Shown: positions 1-4,438 of the stretch, piece after piece | How the letters are laid out: every line of letters starts with the position of its first letter | How positions within the stretch are numbered: position 1 is the first letter of the stretch | Source of the DNA: Candidatus Nanopusillus sp. | GTDB lineage: Archaea > Nanobdellota > Nanobdellia > Nanobdellales > Nanobdellaceae | DNA length: 5,094 nucleotides | NCBI GenBank assembly: GCA_028275775.1 | Contig: JAPWTZ010000025.1 | Span: forward strand, 1 to 5,094 | Reading direction: 5' to 3' | Position numbers and translations under genes: made by a program | The notes under the pieces: model-generated | Database searches by the model: none | Told to the model about the DNA's origin: nothing | The model's input: only the letters and a program-made list of their open reading frames with translations

Positions 1-431
1 TTTTTATCTTTTTCCCATTCTTCAATATCTCCATCAATAATATAAAAAATTGGATTTGGTTTAATCATTTTTTCATCTTTTATTTCTTCATATTTTTCTT
101 TATCTCTTATTTTAAGTTTTTCAAGCAAATGTTGAAATTCGAAATTTATTTGACCAATTGTTACTGGCATTTTTAATTTTAAGTCATATTTTATTATTTT
201 ATCTTTATTAAAGTTATATCCTCTTCTTTTTCCTTCTAAATAAACATAATATAAATATGTTCCTATATATAATACTGGATCTTTTGTTCTCTTAAATCTT
301 ATTAATTGTGGATGATTTCTATATCCTTTTGTTTTTCCTAGCAATACTTTTTGTGCTAATAAACCTTCTCTCCATAAACCTAAAAGACCAAGTTTGTCTA
401 AGTATTTTGGATGTAAAGACCAAAGTCTCAT
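1..431 (-). CDS. pdg: Pyrimidine-dimer DNA glycosylase/AP lyase, T4 endonuclease V family. It is partial because the C-terminus lies beyond the left window edge.
   Basis: I translated the reverse complement by hand from the ATG at 431..429. The frame stays open to position 1 (143 codons): MRLWSLHPKYLDKLGLLGLWREGLLAQKVLLGKTKGYRNHPQLIRFKRTKDPVLYIGTYLYYVYLEGKRRGYNFNKDKIIKYDLKLKMPVTIGQINFEFQHLLEKLKIRDKEKYEEIKDEKMIKPNPIFYIIDGDIEEWEKDK. The N-terminus aligns without gaps to T4 EndoV as I recall it ([22 protein letters not shown]): R2/R3, L11/L12, L16/L17 and W20-R21-E22 against Y21-R22-E23, the catalytic Glu. A later RRGYNFNKD resembles T4 KRGFNIKD. The ORF is absent from the supplied track because it has no in-window stop. 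Confidence 0.85.
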   Translation of the reverse strand, partial: MRLWSLHPKYLDKLGLLGLWREGLLAQKVLLGKTKGYRNHPQLIRFKRTKDPVLYIGTYLYYVYLEGKRRGYNFNKDKIIKYDLKLKMPVTIGQINFEFQHLLEKLKIRDKEKYEEIKDEKMIKPNPIFYIIDGDIEEWEKDK

Positions 432-442
432 TTTATTTTAAA

Positions 443-468
443 TTAGATAAAGGTTTTTAGATTTAGAT
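443..468. repeat. Three copies of the hexamer TTAGAT (ATCTAA on the - strand) in the pdg upstream region
   Basis: TTAGAT occurs at 443-448, 457-462 and 463-468, the last two in tandem. These lie 12-37 nt upstream of the pdg ATG at 431. An inverted copy (ATCTAA) sits at 611-616. AT-rich background makes chance recurrence fairly likely. Confidence 0.35.
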
Positions 469-474
469 TAAATG

Positions 475-500
475 GTATTCTTATAAATCGAACTGAATAC
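475..500. promoter_or_regulatory. Inverted repeat GTATTC-N14-GAATAC bracketing a TTATAAA element; candidate operator or promoter in the divergent intergenic region
   Basis: GTATTC at 475-480 and its exact reverse complement GAATAC at 495-500. The 14-nt spacer begins with TTATAAA (481-487). Both arms are followed by TTAT. Read on the - strand, the TATA-like element lies about 56 nt upstream of the pdg ATG. Confidence 0.3.
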
Positions 501-632
501 TTATTATTCTCTATTAATATTTATAAAACTTGTATAAAAAGATTTATTTATTTAATAATTATAAAATCAAAAATTTTCTCTTATTTTTATTTTTTATTTA
601 TATGATATTAATCTAAATAAAATTTTTGTATA

Positions 633-641
633 TTTTATAAA
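633..641 (+). promoter_or_regulatory. TATA-box-like element for the 663..1031 gene; a leaderless transcript is implied
   Basis: TTTTATAAA at 633-641 starts 30 nt upstream of the ATG at 663. A second TTTATAA lies at 644-650. No purine-rich SD-like sequence sits between the box and the ATG. Confidence 0.5.
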
Positions 642-662
642 CCTTTATAACAAAGTTATGGA

Positions 663-1031
663 ATGGAAATAAAAGAAATAATTGGTTGGATGGGAATGTT
701 ATTAGCAACTTTTTGGGCTGGAATACATATGTTAGTAGCAGGAGCAGTAGCAGTAAATGTATCTTTATTATTTGGAGCAACTGTAGGAATGTTTGTAGCA
801 TTATCTATAATATCTGGACTAGTATTCTTATTAAATTGGAAAAAATATTATTTGCCAAACATTATATTTTGGTTATTAATGTTATTAGCACTATTTATAG
901 GATATGTTGAATATATTAGAAAAGGTGATATAAATGCTTTATTTACAAATGTATTAGCAGAGATAGCATTAGTAATAGATATAATAGAAACATTGTTGGC
1001 ACTTGCTATTTGGAAAATTGATAGGAAATAA
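663..1031 (+). CDS. Small integral membrane protein (122 aa, about 4 predicted TM helices), function unknown
   Basis: Complete ORF in the track. Hydrophobic segments lie at roughly residues 8-27, 30-57, 65-83 and 93-117, separated by short polar or charged loops (NWKKYY, YIRKGD). The overlapping alternative ORFs are low-complexity. I do not recognise a family. Confidence 0.7.
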   Translation: MEIKEIIGWMGMLLATFWAGIHMLVAGAVAVNVSLLFGATVGMFVALSIISGLVFLLNWKKYYLPNIIFWLLMLLALFIGYVEYIRKGDINALFTNVLAEIALVIDIIETLLALAIWKIDRK

Positions 1032-1051
1032 TTTTAATATAGTTTATTTTT
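1032..1051 (+). terminator. Oligo-T tracts downstream of the 663..1031 stop; candidate archaeal-type terminator
   Basis: T4 at 1032-1035 and T5 at 1047-1051, directly after the TAA at 1029-1031. Archaeal termination commonly occurs at oligo-T runs, but T runs are common in this AT-rich DNA. Confidence 0.3.
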
Positions 1052-1080
1052 AAAGTCTCTATTCAATTCTATTTGTTTGA

Positions 1081-1088
1081 TTTATAAA
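1081..1088 (+). promoter_or_regulatory. TATA-box-like element for the 1112..1753 gene; a leaderless transcript is implied
   Basis: TTTATAAA at 1081-1088 starts 31 nt upstream of the ATG at 1112. No SD-like motif intervenes. Confidence 0.55.
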
Positions 1089-1111
1089 GGTTAATTTACA
1101 ACTATATTGTT

Positions 1112-1753
1112 ATGGTAGATAATGTTTCTACACAACAAGCTGAAAAAATAGATATAGACTTTAAAAGTATACCATTAAATCCTTTAGGAAAGAATGATAT
1201 AAAGAAATTAGAAACATTTCTGCTTATAGGCACTTTATATAGACCAGAAGTATTAGAATTAATAAAAGACCCTAATGAAAGGTCTACATGGATTGATAGT
1301 TTAGCAATTGCAGCAGCAGCTTATGCAAGATATAAAGCAGGAATGCCAATAAGTTTAATTGCAGATGAATTAGGTAGATCTGAGGAATCTATAAGAAATC
1401 ATATTAGCGGAAAAACGAAAGCTGGTTCTCTTATAATAGAAACATATGAAAAGATAAAATCTGGACAATTAAATTTAACTTTATCATTTAATAGTTCTAA
1501 TAAAGAATTAGACGATCTAAAAAATCAAGTAAAAAATCTTAAGGAAGAAATTGAAAAACTAAAAATGGAAAGGGATGAGCTAAAAAATATTATAAATAAT
1601 AAAGAGGAAACAATAAAAAGTTTACAAATAGAAATTGGTAGAATAAAATCTGATTTAGATAAAATTAATAGAGAAAAGGAGGAAATAATTAATAAATATA
1701 AGTTACTACAAAATAAATTATTGGAAATTAAAAGAATATTAGAAAATATTTGA
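1112..1753 (+). CDS. Helix-turn-helix DNA-binding protein with a long C-terminal coiled coil (213 aa); putative regulator or structural DNA-binding protein
   Basis: Residues about 62-100 (SLAIAAAAYARYKAGMPISLIADELGRSEESIRNHISGKT) read as a classic tri-helical HTH: Gly-containing turn, then recognition helix ESIRNHISG. From L133 to L210 the hydrophobic residues fall in one unbroken a/d heptad register (133,136,140,143,147,150,157,161,168,171,175,178,182,185,192,196,199,203,206,210), about 11 heptads. There are no Cys residues. Confidence 0.7.
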   Translation: MVDNVSTQQAEKIDIDFKSIPLNPLGKNDIKKLETFLLIGTLYRPEVLELIKDPNERSTWIDSLAIAAAAYARYKAGMPISLIADELGRSEESIRNHISGKTKAGSLIIETYEKIKSGQLNLTLSFNSSNKELDDLKNQVKNLKEEIEKLKMERDELKNIINNKEETIKSLQIEIGRIKSDLDKINREKEEIINKYKLLQNKLLEIKRILENI

Positions 1754-1757
1754 GAAG

Positions 1758-1797
1758 TTATTTTATTGAATATTTAATCATTAATACCTTTATTTTC
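1758..1797 (+). terminator. Oligo-T tracts downstream of the 1112..1753 stop; candidate terminator
   Basis: TTATTTTATT at 1758-1767 and TTTATTTT at 1789-1796 follow the TGA at 1751-1753. The 154-nt gap, followed by a separate BRE/TATA, suggests the next gene is a separate transcription unit. Confidence 0.3.
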
Positions 1798-1872
1798 TCA
1801 TAAAATTTTGTAGAATTTTTAAATGCTATTAGTATACAAATATATTTATCATCGTCAAGTAACTGTTAGGAT

Positions 1873-1887
1873 AGAAAATTTATAAAA
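1873..1887 (+). promoter_or_regulatory. BRE-like purine tract plus TATA box for the 1908..2879 gene; a leaderless transcript is implied
   Basis: AGAAAA (1873-1878) lies immediately upstream of TTTATAAAA (1879-1887). The TATA starts 29 nt upstream of the ATG at 1908. No SD-like motif is present. Confidence 0.6.
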
Positions 1888-1907
1888 TATTTTAATATTA
1901 TTGGTGT

Positions 1908-2879
1908 ATGGGACTCACTAGAAGAGAGCTGCTAAGGTATGCAGCGGCAGCGGGTCTTGGTGCATTATTAGGTTATTCTCTACCCAGACTTAATGAAATA
2001 ATATATGCAGTAGATAAACTAGCAAATATAAGAGAAAGGAGAACTATAACTCAAACTCTTAAAACAAATACAACAACTACAACATATTGTCCAACAAATA
2101 AAACAGTTACAGAAACAGGACCGCAAACTAATTCAACTACAACACAACCACTACAAACTCTAGAGGAGATATTATTTGGAAATAGCGATATACAATTTAT
2201 ACCTTTAGAAGTAACAGATGTAGAAATAGATAGAAATAATGCATATCTAACATTATATAATTCTCTTACAAATACACAATTACAAATCGCACTTCCTAGT
2301 CAATATGTATTAAATGGAAATATTAATATAGGAAATCTCCTTTCGGCAGTAAATAATTATAATTCAACTTATAAAACTAATTATAAAGTTTATTTAGTAT
2401 TGGGAAGAGCAAATATAAATCAAGCTATTTTACAGAATGGTATATGGTATTTACCAGCTTCACAAATATATTATAACATATTAATCTCAGATAGGGAATG
2501 GAAAAACGTATATAATGCATTACAGAATCTCAAGAGTGGAAATGCTACAGTAGTAATGCCAACTTCGGATCAAGCCTCATACGCAAACAGTCTTTGGGGA
2601 TGGAGCAATAGTATTAATAGTAGTACAATAATATTATATCAAAACGGGCAACAAGTAAATAGTGTATTAAATTATATTAAGTTGGCCGATTCTATTCTTG
2701 GAACGCCAAATAATTCAAATCCATCAAGCCAAGGAACTTTGCATGTAGATACTATTACAAGTATACAAGAATTGGGTGTATATGAGAATAAATATCCAGT
2801 AGTTGGAGTAAATAATTATTTAGGTACATATATAGTATTTATACAGGCACAAGGTTATCAACTTTTTTCAAACTTGTAG
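1908..2879 (+). CDS. Twin-arginine-signal exported or anchored protein with a Thr-rich linker and an Asn-rich, sequon-rich domain of unknown function (323 aa)
   Basis: The N-terminus MGLTRRELLRYAAAAGLGALLGYSLP has a T-R-R-x-L-L-R twin-arginine motif plus an Ala/Gly/Leu h-region. Residues about 50-84 (TLKTNTTTTTYCPTNKTVTETGPQTNSTTTQPLQT) form a Thr-rich stalk. The remainder is rich in N, Q, Y and S. I count 7 N-x-S/T sequons (NTT, NKT, NST, NST, NAT, NSS, NNS). There is a single Cys and no recognisable cofactor motif. Confidence 0.7.
   Translation: MGLTRRELLRYAAAAGLGALLGYSLPRLNEIIYAVDKLANIRERRTITQTLKTNTTTTTYCPTNKTVTETGPQTNSTTTQPLQTLEEILFGNSDIQFIPLEVTDVEIDRNNAYLTLYNSLTNTQLQIALPSQYVLNGNINIGNLLSAVNNYNSTYKTNYKVYLVLGRANINQAILQNGIWYLPASQIYYNILISDREWKNVYNALQNLKSGNATVVMPTSDQASYANSLWGWSNSINSSTIILYQNGQQVNSVLNYIKLADSILGTPNNSNPSSQGTLHVDTITSIQELGVYENKYPVVGVNNYLGTYIVFIQAQGYQLFSNL
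2074..2144 (+). repeat. In-frame 11-nt direct repeat CAACTACAACA within the Thr-linker coding region
   Basis: CAACTACAACA occurs at 2074-2084 and again at 2134-2144, exactly 60 nt (20 codons) apart. It sits inside ACA/ACT-rich low-complexity sequence encoding the Thr stalk. Confidence 0.5.
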
Positions 2880-2880
2880 T

Positions 2881-2890
2881 TTTTATATTA
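2881..2890 (+). promoter_or_regulatory. Weak TATA-like element in the 24-nt gap before the 2904..3914 gene. It may be an internal promoter, or the gene may be co-transcribed with 1908..2879.
   Basis: TTTTATATTA at 2881-2890 starts only 23 nt upstream of the ATG at 2904 and directly follows the TAG at 2877-2879. The spacing is shorter than at the other promoters, and no T-tract terminator lies between the two genes. Confidence 0.25.
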
Positions 2891-2903
2891 AATATATTAA
2901 ATA

Positions 2904-3914
2904 ATGGTAAATATAAGTAGAAGACGTTTTTTGAAAGGGTTAATAGGATTGGTTGGAACTGCTGTTTTAGGAACATTAATTTTTAAATATGGAATAAATA
3001 ATAGTTCATATCAAAATTTCTCTAATAATAAGTTGAATAATTTACAATATATATTTTGGGATGTTCCATGGGGACCTGGTAATGGAACTTATAAATTGTT
3101 GAATCCTTATTTTCAAAGCAATTCTCCTATTACAGAAGGTGTTATAGTAACTTTTAATAATGATTATAATCTTTCTTTAGATCAAATATTATATTTATAT
3201 GAAAATAATAAAGATAATAAACCAATTTATATAAATTTGTTTGTTACAACAAATAGAGATAATATTGTGAATTTATCGCAATATGATCAAAATATTAAAG
3301 AATTTTTGAAATACTTATCAAATATTACCAATGGAGGGGAAAATATTGTTATTGGATTTAGTGAAATTGATGAAGCTCCAATAGAACAGTTAGCGTATTA
3401 TTATTCTTTAATGAAAGAATATTTACCAAAAGCAAAGTTATTTTATTATGTAGATATGGGAAATTCCAAAAGAATAATAGAATTATATAATTATTTGTTA
3501 AATAATTATGGGATAAAATTAGATATGATTGGTTTGGAATTATATGGAGATTATATTTATAATCATGGAAATATTTCGATGAGTGAATATATGAAAAGTA
3601 TTATTATGCAATATAAACAATTTGCAGATGAAAATAATATTAAATTTTTTATAGGTGAATTGGGATTTAGAAATGGAGATTTAGAAGGTTATATAGATTC
3701 TGGAGGTTTGGGAGATTGGAATGGTCCTTCTGAACAAGGATATCAAGCCACAATAAAATATTATATTGATATAATTAATCAGTTACATAAAATGGGTATA
3801 AATATAATAGGAATTTATAATTGGAATGGCTATGGTGATTCTTTCGGACTATGGAATAATCCATATGTTAATAATTTAATAAACTATATGGTTAATAATT
3901 CAAATTCTAATTAA
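2904..3914 (+). CDS. Twin-arginine-signal protein with a putative clan GH-A / GH5-like (beta/alpha)8 glycoside hydrolase domain (336 aa)
   Basis: Residues 5-11 are S-R-R-R-F-L-K, a perfect match to the Tat consensus S/T-R-R-x-F-L-K, followed by the h-region GLIGLVGTAVLGTLIF. IVIGFSEIDEAP (E154, D156-E157; DE codons at 3369-3374) resembles the GH5 strand-4 'xGxELxNEP' acid/base motif. KFFIGELGF (E252 at 3657-3659) resembles the GH5 strand-7 'GEFG' nucleophile motif. The two Glu residues are 95 residues apart. A Trp-rich C-terminal strand, IGIYNWNGYGDSFGLW, follows. There are about 9 N-x-S/T sequons after the signal, zero Cys and only 2 His. The family assignment rests on motifs only. Confidence 0.45.
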   Translation: MVNISRRRFLKGLIGLVGTAVLGTLIFKYGINNSSYQNFSNNKLNNLQYIFWDVPWGPGNGTYKLLNPYFQSNSPITEGVIVTFNNDYNLSLDQILYLYENNKDNKPIYINLFVTTNRDNIVNLSQYDQNIKEFLKYLSNITNGGENIVIGFSEIDEAPIEQLAYYYSLMKEYLPKAKLFYYVDMGNSKRIIELYNYLLNNYGIKLDMIGLELYGDYIYNHGNISMSEYMKSIIMQYKQFADENNIKFFIGELGFRNGDLEGYIDSGGLGDWNGPSEQGYQATIKYYIDIINQLHKMGINIIGIYNWNGYGDSFGLWNNPYVNNLINYMVNNSNSN

Positions 3915-3927
3915 AATTATTAAAATC

Positions 3928-4359
3928 TTATATAACCAATAATACTAAAGCAATAAACATTAATATGCTAGCAATAACTTTTTGAATTGTTAATTTTTCA
4001 TTTAATATTATAATACTCAATAAAACGACAAATAAAAAGCTAGATCTATCTATTATACTAACATTACTAGCCTTTCCAATTTTTAATGCATAAAAGAAAG
4101 CTATCCAAGAAAGAGCACCAAATAAAGCACTTAATATTACAAATAGATAATTTTTATTAGATAGATTAAATAAGCTGTTTATATTTTTAATTTCTAACAG
4201 AAATATAATAAATATAATAATTGTCATAATAATTGCTCTTAATGTTGTTACCGTAATAGAATTTATGTCTTTTAATCCAATTTTGGCAAATATTGTAGAA
4301 AAAGCTGCAAATATTGCTCCCAATAAAGCATATATAAACCAGCCTGGTATTGAAACCAT
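3928..4359 (-). CDS. Half-size EamA-domain transporter, DMT superfamily (143 aa, 5 predicted TM helices)
   Basis: Complete ORF in the track. The N-terminus GWFIYALLGAIFAAFSTIFAKIGLKDINS is typical of EamA domains. Five hydrophobic segments lie at about residues 6-27, 35-56, 70-91, 104-119 and 124-143. The size matches single-EamA 5-TMS members, which are presumed to act as dimers. Confidence 0.65.
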   Translation of the reverse strand: MVSIPGWFIYALLGAIFAAFSTIFAKIGLKDINSITVTTLRAIIMTIIIFIIFLLEIKNINSLFNLSNKNYLFVILSALFGALSWIAFFYALKIGKASNVSIIDRSSFLFVVLLSIIILNEKLTIQKVIASILMFIALVLLVI

Positions 4360-4380
4360 ATTCTATTTAAATCTTTAGAA

Positions 4381-4390
4381 ATTTAAAAAT
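4381..4390 (-). promoter_or_regulatory. TATA-like element for the EamA gene on the - strand; a leaderless transcript is implied
   Basis: The reverse complement of 4381-4390 is ATTTTTAAAT. It starts 31 nt upstream of the - strand ATG at 4359..4357. No SD-like motif is present. Confidence 0.45.
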
Positions 4391-4438
4391 AAGTTCTAAT
4401 ATAAAAATAAATATGAAATTTTCTATTAACAGTTTATA

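Noticed and set aside
573-578. ATTTTC hexamer matching the ANTTTC DNA-damage-response promoter motif reported for Sulfolobales
   Set aside because: It is a single copy on the + strand, about 140 nt from the pdg start and 85 nt from the other gene. The motif is so degenerate in AT-rich DNA that one occurrence carries no information, and the taxonomic assignment is uncertain.
613-801. 62-aa ORF on the - strand in the supplied track
   Set aside because: Its translation is low-complexity Leu, Ile and Lys text (LLLLLLLL run). It is antisense to the much more protein-like 663..1031 membrane ORF and starts inside it. It has no TATA-like box at the proper spacing. It is most likely an AT-rich frame artefact.
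686-910. 74-aa ORF on the + strand, in an alternative frame inside 663..1031
   Set aside because: It is fully nested in another frame of the longer ORF. Its sequence is Ser, Cys and Ile-rich with no hydrophobic periodicity or motif. The 122-aa frame gives coherent TM helices and has the correctly spaced TATA box.
1774-1784. Palindrome TTAAT-C-ATTAA in the 1754-1907 intergenic region
   Set aside because: It is a pure A/T 5-bp inverted repeat, which is expected by chance in DNA this AT-rich. It has no second copy and no positional relationship to a promoter.
1846-1854. Possible C/D-box sRNA: - strand CGATGATAA resembles a C box (RUGAUGA)
   Set aside because: It matches the consensus imperfectly. 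No D box (CUGA, which would read TCAG on the + strand) occurs in 1754-1846, the region where the 3' end of a 50-70 nt sRNA would lie. There are no terminal complementary stems.
1908-3914. Idea that the two RR-signal proteins are conventional redox or cofactor Tat substrates such as Rieske, molybdopterin or multicopper proteins
   Set aside because: One protein has a single Cys, located in the linker. The other has no Cys and only two His. Neither shows CxxC, CxH, HxH or other cofactor-binding patterns.
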